A stretch of 28,951 nt of DNA. Source: a virus (lineage: Duplodnaviria; Caudoviricetes). This document shows positions 17,365 through 26,143 of this stretch, piece after piece; position 1 is the first letter of the stretch, and every line of letters begins with the position of its first letter. Both the position numbers and the translations under genes were made by a program. The stretch spans positions 1 to 28,951 of the IMG/VR virus record IMGVR_UViG_3300017589_000270; one strand, written 5' to 3'. Below the pieces are notes generated by a model, which was not told the origin of the DNA, did not search any database, and was given only the letters and a program-made list of their open reading frames with translations.

Positions 17365-17544
17365 TTAAACTGTTTTGTAATCCAAGTCAGCAATTAAGCT
17401 GAAATTATCCCATTCAGTATCTTTTTTCCACTCATCATCTTTAGAAATTGATGGATTAACAGGTGTTGTGACTTTAATTTTTTGATAATTAGACTTAATC
17501 AATTCTGATAATGAGATATTGATATTTTGTGCTAATGTTGTCAT
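17365..17544 (-). CDS. 59-aa peptide with acidic Trp-containing C-terminus (below ORF-track cutoff)
   Basis: GGAG/GAGG RBS, ATG 17544; MTTLAQNINISLSELIKSNYQKIKVTTPVNPSISKDDEWKKDTEWDNFSLIADLDYKTV. Confidence 0.65.
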   Translation of the reverse strand: MTTLAQNINISLSELIKSNYQKIKVTTPVNPSISKDDEWKKDTEWDNFSLIADLDYKTV

Positions 17545-17698
17545 ATCCTCAACTCCATCTCTTTTTAATTAAAAAATAACTGTGGACATCACCACTCACT
17601 TGTGATAAAATTGACACATAATCAAAAGGTGTTAGTTTGTCAACTTGTCCAGCCTAAAAAAATGTATATGCGACTTGATATAAATGTGCAAAAAAGTG

Positions 17699-17810
17699 TT
17701 GACAAGTGTATTTTGGTATGATATACTGTTGACATATGTAATCGTATAATTGAATAAAAAATATATACAAAAATGCAATTGGTGAGATTTCTCTTACTGG
17801 TTGCATTTTC
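17699..17810 (+). ncRNA. Candidate antisense sRNA cassette; hairpin probably also terminates the RNAP gene
   Basis: TTGACA(17699)-17-TG.TATACT(17722); hairpin AAAATGCAATTGGTGAGA/TCTTACTGGTTGCATTTT 17770-17809. Confidence 0.5.
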
Positions 17811-17988
17811 GTATATTACAGAGTGCATTTACTAAGCCTGTTTGTTACGTTTCAATCAACAATCAATTTGACGTCAATTTTGTTTTTCACTCTATACTAT
17901 ATAGCGAACTTTAGCAAAGTCTGTAGATGCCCATGTTTACTAGCTTTGTTTCCATTATTTGATTTTAAAATTGTACATTTTTGGATAC

Positions 17989-20900
17989 TTATTTACCTTT
18001 TTTAAACGATTTTAGAAATAATTCTTCGTGATATTCATATAATTTCGCCAATACATTCATTTTGTAATCTGTTAAAGCATTTTCTTTCAATGTAAAGTGA
18101 ATAACATTTGTCATAACATCATTTGTTATTTTGTATTTTTTTATATCAGCTTTACATATTTTTGATTCATTATCTAATTCTAAAAATCTATCAGCAACAT
18201 CATCTTCGGATAATGACTTTATACTTGCATAATAATCATATATCCCACCCATTTTTTCTGACATGATTTTAACACTGTCTAATATTTTCTCTCTTTTAAC
18301 TCTTATTACTCTACTAGATTTTGCTTCTTTTTTAAGTACATAGCTGTCTATATTTTTGCTATCATCTTTGCTGTTAACACTTATTCTACTAACTTGTTCC
18401 TTTGCTCTTGATATACCATTAGTTAAAAGCTTGTCCAAGTAATCCATGGGACAATCAAGAAATACAAGATTATCTTTGTTAATATTGGCTTGTTTTTTTG
18501 CAATGTTATATTTATGTTTTGGTTTTTCCTTTGGTAAATCTTCTACAAGTCTGCTAATCTCATTTGATACATCAATGCTATACATCTTCTTAGCTAAATC
18601 GATGCATACGCAAGAAAGTATGGTGGCACAATCTATTTTCTTCAATAAGCTTTCTATCTTCTTAGCATCTTCATTATTATTAATAGCATTCCAGTAATAT
18701 GACATTGCTAATGCACCATTATTAATACAATTTTGAATATATAGCTGTGACGCTGCTAATCTGTTATCTATGATAGCTTTATTTGTGTTATTGTTAGTGT
18801 AAAAAGTTTTATCACCATCTACTTTATTTATACATGGCTTGTACAAATTAACTGTTTCTTTTGCTTTTTTCAACCATGTTGGATGGTCAAATATTACAGC
18901 TGAGTCTGAGTCGAAATCTGCGGACGATAAAGTTTCTAGGCATGGATTATTTACAGAATTGAGACAAACAACTTGATTTTTTAAGTTAAAATATTTGTCA
19001 ATATCAGCTACATACTTATTTGTCACTACGAGAGCATTCGATGGTGAAGTTGTTGGGTTGCGAAATGCAACGTATTCTCTATCAACATCATGTAAAGTAG
19101 TGTAAACCTCATTACCAACAAGTGGAGAAACAAATGTTGCTTTATCATATTGTCCTATTGCATGATAGAGGAACTCAATCCCGTTTCCGAACAAAGTTGC
19201 ATAATCACCTAAATTTCTTAATTTTCCACGTTTACACTGTTTGATATATTTATAAATATCTTTACTTCTATAGTCACTGAAAAATTCTGTATGGATTATG
19301 TTTGGATTATGTTCTGCTAATGCTACCAACATACTATTTGCGTTGATTTTATTGCTTGTTTTTGTAAGATACTTCAGATATTCAATATCATTATTTTTTA
19401 ATTTTGTGATATATTGCAATTCATATTGTGCCAATTCTTTTACATCAGTCTCCGAGAAGTTTAGGCATCCGACCATCTGATATGAGCTTTTTTGAATTAT
19501 CTCATTTTCATTATCACAGCACTTTGATTTCTTGTCATGTTTGCAGCACCCCCAAATATTTTCATCTTCTTCTACCTTTGACTTCCAATAATCAAACATT
19601 TCTTTTTCAGTCATTTCAAAATAGTCACAATATTTTAATATTTTTAAGCTAGTCGGACACATAATCATACGCACGTCTTTAGCATAAATAGAACAAAATT
19701 TATTTGTAATTATCCAATCGTCATATTCAATATCTTTGGGGCAATGGTCTTGCAGGAATAATTGTATATTTGTGTTGAAACTAGCCGTTTTTGTGTAGTG
19801 TGACCTTAATAAAATAAAGCTATGTTGTGTGCCATCCTCATTAGTACCCATGATACTTGTATCAATTAAACTCTCGCCATCAAACAGGCTACTTGAACAA
19901 ATGTAGTCCTTAACAAAAACACTCTCTAATAGTGAAGTGTCTTTATTTTTTTGTATTAGGTTTATATCCCACTTATAAAAATCTGTTATATCATCTACAA
20001 GTAAAATATTATTAGGATTAATTACTATTGTATCTTCTATGGCACTACCAGTCAAAGCTTCATAAGCTAATTTTGCACAAAGGTCGAATGGTTTAAATGT
20101 TGTTACAATTTTATTGCTAACTTTACTTTTTTTAATTGTATTGTATGGTAATAAAATATATTTTGGTTTTATGAATTTAGCTTTTTCGTAATGTTTTTGG
20201 TATATAATTTCTTTTGTCTCTGTGTTAGTTTTTATAATATTAAAACCTTTTTTATCATGCCTGTTAAAATCAAGCCCCATGTTACACCATTCATTCATAT
20301 CATTATAAAGGCTTTCTTTTATGTAGAGTACCTTTGATTGTCTGCTCTTGCTGGCACTACGTTGGAACTCTACATATTTAACTTGACTTAATACTTCGCC
20401 TGTTTCTTTATCAATAGATGTTATTGTAAAGCCATTATTATATAGCCATGTCCGCATAGTATCGCATGACTGTTCTTGATGTTCAACAGGAAGCAATGGT
20501 TTATTAAGTTCAATGTCAATTACTTTTTGTAGTTCTATTATTCTATTCTCAAAATATTCCTTGCTTTTTGATTTAGGTTTTTGAAGCTCTTGTGCATTTG
20601 GTCTAAACTTTAACTCTTCAATTTTTTTGAGATTAGATTCTATTAAATCTGTATTCCTATGTTCTTTAATTATTGGCTCTAGTTCTGCTATTTTATTTGT
20701 ATAATATGTTATTAATTTCTCGCCATCATCAATCTTTTTGATAATATATTTTTTCTCTTTTTCTGTCTTTTTTGTCTTTATCAGTTCACGATTTACCTCA
20801 AGAGTTTTTTTTTCTTTTTTTAACTTCTTTTTAGCATCTGCATATTTCAAATTAGCACTCTTATACTTTTTAGAGAACTTTACATTAATGACATCATCAG

Positions 20901-21120
20901 TTATCTTTTGGTTATGTCTATCACATCCAATTGTAAAGCCATCTAAGGTGGTTAAGTGTAGTAGTTGTAATGACATAGGTAGTGTTCCAGTACGCTTGCT
21001 ATATAGTATAGAATTAGTATAAAGGTGTTTCATAATATCCGCACCCTCAATATTTTTAATGTAAATATTAGGATTGGTGTTTTTAATGTCAAATTCTTTT
21101 TTGTTAATATCTTTACTCAT
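17989..21120 (-). CDS. Single-subunit two-barrel RNA polymerase, SPbeta YonO / eukaryotic RdRP-like family
   Basis: Catalytic LSSADFDSD (DxDxD, 18904-18918), FRNPT, LFDGESLID, RSASKSR, CIDLAKK motifs; 1043 aa. Confidence 0.88.
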   Translation of the reverse strand: MSKDINKKEFDIKNTNPNIYIKNIEGADIMKHLYTNSILYSKRTGTLPMSLQLLHLTTLDGFTIGCDRHNQKITDDVINVKFSKKYKSANLKYADAKKKLKKEKKTLEVNRELIKTKKTEKEKKYIIKKIDDGEKLITYYTNKIAELEPIIKEHRNTDLIESNLKKIEELKFRPNAQELQKPKSKSKEYFENRIIELQKVIDIELNKPLLPVEHQEQSCDTMRTWLYNNGFTITSIDKETGEVLSQVKYVEFQRSASKSRQSKVLYIKESLYNDMNEWCNMGLDFNRHDKKGFNIIKTNTETKEIIYQKHYEKAKFIKPKYILLPYNTIKKSKVSNKIVTTFKPFDLCAKLAYEALTGSAIEDTIVINPNNILLVDDITDFYKWDINLIQKNKDTSLLESVFVKDYICSSSLFDGESLIDTSIMGTNEDGTQHSFILLRSHYTKTASFNTNIQLFLQDHCPKDIEYDDWIITNKFCSIYAKDVRMIMCPTSLKILKYCDYFEMTEKEMFDYWKSKVEEDENIWGCCKHDKKSKCCDNENEIIQKSSYQMVGCLNFSETDVKELAQYELQYITKLKNNDIEYLKYLTKTSNKINANSMLVALAEHNPNIIHTEFFSDYRSKDIYKYIKQCKRGKLRNLGDYATLFGNGIEFLYHAIGQYDKATFVSPLVGNEVYTTLHDVDREYVAFRNPTTSPSNALVVTNKYVADIDKYFNLKNQVVCLNSVNNPCLETLSSADFDSDSAVIFDHPTWLKKAKETVNLYKPCINKVDGDKTFYTNNNTNKAIIDNRLAASQLYIQNCINNGALAMSYYWNAINNNEDAKKIESLLKKIDCATILSCVCIDLAKKMYSIDVSNEISRLVEDLPKEKPKHKYNIAKKQANINKDNLVFLDCPMDYLDKLLTNGISRAKEQVSRISVNSKDDSKNIDSYVLKKEAKSSRVIRVKREKILDSVKIMSEKMGGIYDYYASIKSLSEDDVADRFLELDNESKICKADIKKYKITNDVMTNVIHFTLKENALTDYKMNVLAKLYEYHEELFLKSFKKGK

Positions 21121-21142
21121 TTATTTCCTACTTTCTTTATAT

Positions 21143-22135
21143 TTAATTTATATTTAATTTAAATTCTTTTATTATTTCATCATATATTGGTTTAACAAAT
21201 TTTAAAAATTCCTCATTTGTTCCAAACTCTTTACTTCCAATGAATCTCAACATAAAATGAATTAAATCACGTTCGTTTTTAATTTCAGTATATTTATCAG
21301 TTAGGTTATATTTGTTAATTAAAGCTGTTGCGTTGTCATTGATGTACATAAAATTATCATAGAGCAATTGTTCATTATCATCTAGTTTTTCATATGCACC
21401 AGCATCATATAATTTGCATAACGCATGAAATGAAGCATTATCGTCATTATTTTTAAGATAAGCTACAAATAAAATGTAATGAAGTACCTCATGTTTAATA
21501 GTAGAATATATATTCTCATCTAAATCATCTATGTAATCACGGTTTTCTCCGTTACAATGATAGATGTTTATTATATATTGTTGTACTTTTTCTAATTGTC
21601 TTAATTCACCAAGTACTAAGTCCTCACATAAGTCCTCACATTCTTCATTCGGTTTATAATACTCTTGATAAAATCTAATTGGCAATATTTCTGTGTTAAC
21701 CAACAATTTAAAATGATTTACTACTTCATAAAAAAATTTTTCTGCATATTTAGTATACTGTTCAATTTTCAAATATGGTTCTATTTCAATTTCCTGTATG
21801 CGTTTGTATCTGTTAATCATATTTTTATTTATGATATCTAACATTTTATAAACATCATCTTCGGTTTGAATTATATAGCAATCTGAATCTGTAAATTTAT
21901 CATCAAACACTATATATTTTTCATCAAAATCACTTAAAATTGCAAAGTCATATGTACAGCACGTGCTACATTTACAAGCTTTACAATCATCATCACAAGT
22001 ATCAAAATCATCACCAATTGCATCGCAATAGTATTTTTTATAATTATGGATTAACTTGTATTCTGGAAATGGTGCTATGATTATTTCAACAATATTTTCA
22101 ACTTGTTTTTTCAACGAATTAATATTATTACTCAT
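21143..22135 (-). CDS. Zincin (SprT-like) metallopeptidase with N-terminal Cys cluster
   Basis: STIKHEVLHY (HEXXH) followed by DDNASFHALC; C-x9-C-x3-C-x2-C-x-C-x2-CC near N-terminus. Confidence 0.6.
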   Translation of the reverse strand: MSNNINSLKKQVENIVEIIIAPFPEYKLIHNYKKYYCDAIGDDFDTCDDDCKACKCSTCCTYDFAILSDFDEKYIVFDDKFTDSDCYIIQTEDDVYKMLDIINKNMINRYKRIQEIEIEPYLKIEQYTKYAEKFFYEVVNHFKLLVNTEILPIRFYQEYYKPNEECEDLCEDLVLGELRQLEKVQQYIINIYHCNGENRDYIDDLDENIYSTIKHEVLHYILFVAYLKNNDDNASFHALCKLYDAGAYEKLDDNEQLLYDNFMYINDNATALINKYNLTDKYTEIKNERDLIHFMLRFIGSKEFGTNEEFLKFVKPIYDEIIKEFKLNIN

Positions 22136-22243
22136 TTACTTCCTTCTTTCTGACTTAAAAATTCTTATATATTTTAATTCACATCTAATTCAATATGATG
22201 AATAGGCGGAGCTTGTCCGCCCAAACATCAAATAAGTACGGTT

Positions 22244-22621
22244 TTATTTTGATTCTACTGCTTTGCAAATCCTTTGTTGAATAATTCTATTAACTGTATA
22301 AGCAACAGTTTGTAGGGAGTATATTTTTTGCTCATCACATATTTTCACTGCTTCATCCCATATATCATTATTGGCAATATCTTGTCCTAGTTGTAAACCA
22401 GTAGGTGTTAATACTAATAAATCTGGATTTTTCCCTGTAAGCATTCTATTAGTACCCATATATTTAATTAAATCATCGACAAAATGTTTATCTTTACCCA
22501 ATTCTTCTTTTATAAAATTTATATATACACTTTCAAATGGGTTTTCCCTATTTACCATATACACAAGCACCTTGCGAATGTCTCCTGTTATTTCTTTAAA
22601 ATTATTAATATTTAATTCCAT
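22244..22621 (-). CDS. DUF2513-like winged-helix protein
   Basis: DIRKVL..LTPTGLQLGQDIANNDIWDEAVK..SLQTV resembles DUF2513 pattern; AAGGAG RBS. Confidence 0.55.
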   Translation of the reverse strand: MELNINNFKEITGDIRKVLVYMVNRENPFESVYINFIKEELGKDKHFVDDLIKYMGTNRMLTGKNPDLLVLTPTGLQLGQDIANNDIWDEAVKICDEQKIYSLQTVAYTVNRIIQQRICKAVESK

Positions 22622-22687
22622 ATTGTTTCTCCTTTTCTGTCTAGAGGTTTAGTTGCATATATTAATTTAAACTTGTTCACACTACAG

Positions 22688-22908
22688 TTGACATTAAGTT
22701 TCAAGTTGTGTTACAATAAGTACATCAGATTCATGTCAACGAGTTTTGACAAATATAAATTGACTATATGCAGCAACGTATGATTCGATTTTCAAGATTC
22801 CGACTCTCCCTCACCGTGAAGGATAGCAATGCTAAACATCAAACAAGTACCAATTGTAAGATGTTTTAAAAACTTTTGCACTTTATCTTTTTAGATAAGG
22901 TGTTTTTT
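22688..22908 (+). ncRNA. Candidate ~180-nt antisense sRNA
   Basis: TTGACA(22688)-18-TG.TACAAT(22712); internal hairpins; terminator GCACTTTATCT-TTTT-AGATAAGGTGT-TTTTT 22878-22908. Confidence 0.5.
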
Positions 22909-23287
22909 ATTTGCCCTGTAAAATGTTTTGTACTTGCGTGATACTGAACAGTCGGCACACATCACCTCTGGATTTAGAGCCTCTTTCGTTTGGGTAAGAA
23001 GATACAATACTTAATTCGTTTGCTTGAATCATCTTGTTTAATTTATAATTAGTAATTTTGAGGATTGATTTAGTTTCATATGATGTATAACAAATATCTT
23101 CTTTAAAGTAATCAACTACAGATATAGCATTTTCTCCATTAATATGTTTTAAAAATTCAGCGACTACTTCCTCTTTTAAGGTGGATTTTTTTAAACTAAC
23201 ATCCCAATTATTTTTCATGTACTCAATCAGTTTGTCCTTATTGACATGACTAACCTTATTGTTTATTGCTTCAATATGCATACTCAT
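22907..23287 (-). CDS. DNA-binding protein with C-terminal excisionase/MerR-like HTH
   Basis: YTSYETKSILKITNYKLNKMIQANEL..RLFSITQV. Confidence 0.55.
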   Translation of the reverse strand: MSMHIEAINNKVSHVNKDKLIEYMKNNWDVSLKKSTLKEEVVAEFLKHINGENAISVVDYFKEDICYTSYETKSILKITNYKLNKMIQANELSIVSSYPNERGSKSRGDVCRLFSITQVQNILQGK

Positions 23288-23390
23288 TTTAATTCCCTTC
23301 TTTCTTTTATTCCTTATGTTTATAATAATTATTACTCTTTTTTAATGTTCAATCAAATGCATCACCCCTTTCAAATGTATAATAATAATA

Positions 23391-23969
23391 TTATTCCTCT
23401 GTATCTTTGCCATTCATAACGCATAGATAATTATATAATTCAATTACATTATGATATTTTCCCACTATAGCCTCGGCAAATTCCGTAACAGTAAAAGAAA
23501 GATATTCTAAAGTATTCGTTCTATATTGTTCCTTTGTTATATCATCGTATTTCACTCCTTGCAAGGCATTCATGTAAGTTTCAATTTCCGTAAAAGCGTT
23601 ATACATCAAAATCCTCATCGTGTTTTGATAAATTTCAGTAAAAGCTGGATTATCCCTCATCATTTGAACATCTATAATTTCTTCATCAAATTCCCCTTCT
23701 AGTTTTGTTCTTTTTTCTCTCAGAGCAGTTTCAAAAGACTTAAGGTAGTGTTTTCCACGTACGTCTGCCATTTCCGTTTCTGTTAACTCTTTTTGAAAGT
23801 ATTCCTTCGGAAGCTCAAATATTTTTGATAAAATAGGAATATATTTTTTGGTTATTTTGCGTTGCTCTGTTTCCCATTGATGGACATTCTGTCTTGCTAC
23901 ATTTACCTTTTCTGCAACATCTGACTTGGAAAATCCATATGCACTTCTTATAAACTCTAATCCAATCAT
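23391..23969 (-). CDS. XRE-family HTH transcriptional regulator
   Basis: GLEFIRSAYGFSKSDVAEKVNVARQNVHQWETEQRKI. Confidence 0.85.
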   Translation of the reverse strand: MIGLEFIRSAYGFSKSDVAEKVNVARQNVHQWETEQRKITKKYIPILSKIFELPKEYFQKELTETEMADVRGKHYLKSFETALREKRTKLEGEFDEEIIDVQMMRDNPAFTEIYQNTMRILMYNAFTEIETYMNALQGVKYDDITKEQYRTNTLEYLSFTVTEFAEAIVGKYHNVIELYNYLCVMNGKDTEE

Positions 23970-23981
23970 TATTCAAACCCC

Positions 23982-24033
23982 TTGTATTCATTTGGAATAC
24001 ACTTATTATATAATAGTTGTATTCATTTGTCAA
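23982..24033 (-). promoter_or_regulatory. Consensus sigmaA promoter of the XRE gene with overlapping operator repeats
   Basis: TTGACA-17-TATAAT (24033-24005); direct repeat TTGTATTCATTTG at 23982 and 24017; inverted repeat TGTATTC-N5-GAATACA. Confidence 0.75.
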
Positions 24034-24114
24034 CACTTTTATAAAAAATATTTTAATATTATTTTTTCATCGTAATAGAATTACCATAGGGAGTAATTAA
24101 AATGCAAGTAATTA

Positions 24115-24284
24115 TTGACATAATGAAATGTATTTGTTACTATTAAGATAAGGGGAAGTTATCCCCCTATCTATTAACTTTTAATTTCTTTATATAGAAG
24201 TATTAAAGTTATTAGTAAATTTATAAAAGCAGTTATAAGTGTTATTTGCTTGTCGGCGATATTCTTATGACTGCTTTTCTTTTT
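24115..24284 (+). ncRNA. Type I antitoxin-like antisense RNA
   Basis: TTGACA-17-TG.TACTAT; three successive hairpins, last is terminator AAAAGCAGTTATAAG/CTTATGACTGCTTTT+CTTTTT; fully antisense to a hydrophobic peptide frame. Confidence 0.65.
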
Positions 24285-24297
24285 ACGTTTTGAACAT
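24174..24297 (-). pseudogene. Type I toxin-like peptide with disrupted start
   Basis: SKRKKKSSHKNIADKQITLITAFINLLITLILLYKEIKS-stop; preceding ATG is one base out of frame (ATG-T-TCA), no SD. Confidence 0.55.
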
Positions 24298-24367
24298 TTT
24301 TTACTGTTGCAAGTTTAGCAATTTCTTTAGCTTGTTTTCATAATATTAGTGTGTTTTTTAATATATA

Positions 24368-24396
24368 TTGCTATATTTAGTCGTATATGTTATTAT
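24368..24396 (+). promoter_or_regulatory. sigmaA promoter for cargo operon
   Basis: TTGCTA-17-TG.TATTAT, 30 bp upstream of ATG 24427. Confidence 0.55.
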
Positions 24397-24426
24397 GTAT
24401 ATATTACAAAATAAGGAGTGACATAA

Positions 24427-25644
24427 ATGAAAAAATTCTCATCAATTTTGCTAACTTTATCATTAATATTAAGTTTGGTTGGATGTACCATACCAAGTGA
24501 TGTCTCTAAAATCACTAGTAGTACAATTTCTCAAGCTACATCTTCAAACACATCAATATCAGAATCAAGTAAAGAAGTCCAAAAAGAAACAAGCACACCT
24601 GATAATAAAGAAACCAATGCTCCTGCCGTGCCAATCACAGGCAACATGAAAGTACATTTCCTTGATGTAGGACAAGGTGATTCTATATTTATCGAACTAC
24701 CAAATAAGGAAACTATGTTAATAGATGCTGGTAATAATGCCGATGGAAATGGTGTTGTAAGTTATATAAAAAACAAAGGTTATAAGTCAATTACTTATCT
24801 AGTGGCAAGTCATCCACATAGTGACCATATAGGCGGTATGACAACTGTAGTGCAAGGTTTAAACATTAAGGCAATCTATATGCCAAAGGCAACACACACA
24901 ACTAAAACATATGAGGATTTGCTTACAACAATACAGAATAAAGGATTAAAAATTAAGACTGCCAAAGCTGGAGTAAGTATTATTAATTCAAGTGATTTAA
25001 AACTTGATATTGTGGCACCTAACAGTGATTCATATGAAAACTTAAACGATTATTCAGCAGTTTTAAAATTATCTTACAAGGAAAAATCATTCTTATTTAC
25101 AGGAGATGCAGAAACGATTTCTTTGAATGAAATTAAATCAAATATAAAAGCTGATGTTTTGAAAGTAGGTCATCATGGAAGTTCAACATCTACTTCATAT
25201 ACTTTTTTAAGCAAGGTATCTCCAAAATATGCAGTAATCAGTGTTGAAAAAGGGAATAGTTATGGGCATCCAACTGATGCTACATTGAACAAACTGAAAA
25301 GTGCAAGTATACAAGTATATAGAACAGATGAAGTAGGGACAGTTATAGTTACTACCGATGGTTCTAAAATTACAGTAGATAAAAAAGCTAGTACGATAAA
25401 AGAAAAAGAAAATGCTCCACCTAAACCAGCTCCACCATCTTCAACAATTACAAGTTCTACTGGTGGAAAAGATTACGATGATACACCAATTACTAGTCAA
25501 GGTTATATCGGAAACATTAATACTAAAAAATTTCACTTACCCTCATGTAGCTATTTGCCAGCAACGGATAATCAAGTTGTATTGAAGAGTAGGGAAGAAG
25601 CAATTAGCAAAAGCTATAATCCTTGTGGGCGTTGTCATCCATAA
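24427..25644 (+). CDS. Lipoprotein with ComEC/Rec2-like MBL-fold nuclease and C-terminal Ada-type Zn-binding domain
   Basis: Lipobox LVGC; HFLDVGQGDS, SHPHSDHIGG, FTGDAE, KVGHHGS, YGHP, RTDEVG; YIGNINTKKFHLPSC..PCGRCHP. Confidence 0.92.
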   Translation: MKKFSSILLTLSLILSLVGCTIPSDVSKITSSTISQATSSNTSISESSKEVQKETSTPDNKETNAPAVPITGNMKVHFLDVGQGDSIFIELPNKETMLIDAGNNADGNGVVSYIKNKGYKSITYLVASHPHSDHIGGMTTVVQGLNIKAIYMPKATHTTKTYEDLLTTIQNKGLKIKTAKAGVSIINSSDLKLDIVAPNSDSYENLNDYSAVLKLSYKEKSFLFTGDAETISLNEIKSNIKADVLKVGHHGSSTSTSYTFLSKVSPKYAVISVEKGNSYGHPTDATLNKLKSASIQVYRTDEVGTVIVTTDGSKITVDKKASTIKEKENAPPKPAPPSSTITSSTGGKDYDDTPITSQGYIGNINTKKFHLPSCSYLPATDNQVVLKSREEAISKSYNPCGRCHP

Positions 25645-25655
25645 GTGGAGGGAAT

Positions 25656-25856
25656 ATGAAAATTACAATTGATAGGTTTGAAGGAGAGTTTGTAGTAGTA
25701 GAAATAGAATTTAATAGAATAGCAAATATGCCAAAATGCTTATTACCAAGTGATGCTCTTGAAGGTGATGTTATCTCTATTGAAATTGATAGAGGGGAAA
25801 CTGAAAAGAGAGTAAACAATATTAAAAGGCTTGAAAATAATCTCTTTGAGGATTAA
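25656..25856 (+). CDS. DUF3006 family protein
   Basis: MKITIDRFEGEFVVVE..LLPSDALEGDVISIEID..LFED; GGAGG RBS. Confidence 0.88.
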   Translation: MKITIDRFEGEFVVVEIEFNRIANMPKCLLPSDALEGDVISIEIDRGETEKRVNNIKRLENNLFED

Positions 25857-25883
25857 TAAATAATAAAATAAGGAGTGTTGAAA

Positions 25884-26120
25884 TTGGGACAATGCACTAT
25901 TACAATTGGTATAAATTTAAATGATAAACAAGAAAAGATGATTGATTCAATCATGGAAAAACTCAATGGCGATTTTAACTTTTTACACAGCGACATACTT
26001 AAACATATTGCACTTAATAACTTTTATTATGAATTTACTGATGAAAAAAGAAAGTCATATGATGACCTTATTGAGCCTATTTATCAGAGTATTATTGATT
26101 TTGAAACAAGCTACATATAA
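25884..26120 (+). CDS. Hypothetical protein
   Basis: AAGGAG RBS before TTG 25884; continues cargo operon. Confidence 0.55.
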   Translation: MGQCTITIGINLNDKQEKMIDSIMEKLNGDFNFLHSDILKHIALNNFYYEFTDEKRKSYDDLIEPIYQSIIDFETSYI

Positions 26121-26143
26121 CATTTAATAGAGGACGGATTATA

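Noticed and set aside
16188-17950. Shared AAAGNCTGTAGATGC motif at ~16188 and ~17916
   Set aside because: Only two copies, one inside a probable coding frame; insufficient to call a binding site
17989-21120. Interpretation as a true RNA-dependent RNA polymerase of an RNAi-like system, or as intein-containing
   Set aside because: No Argonaute or RNase III gene nearby, the characterised relative YonO is DNA-dependent, and no intein splice-junction or LAGLIDADG motifs were seen
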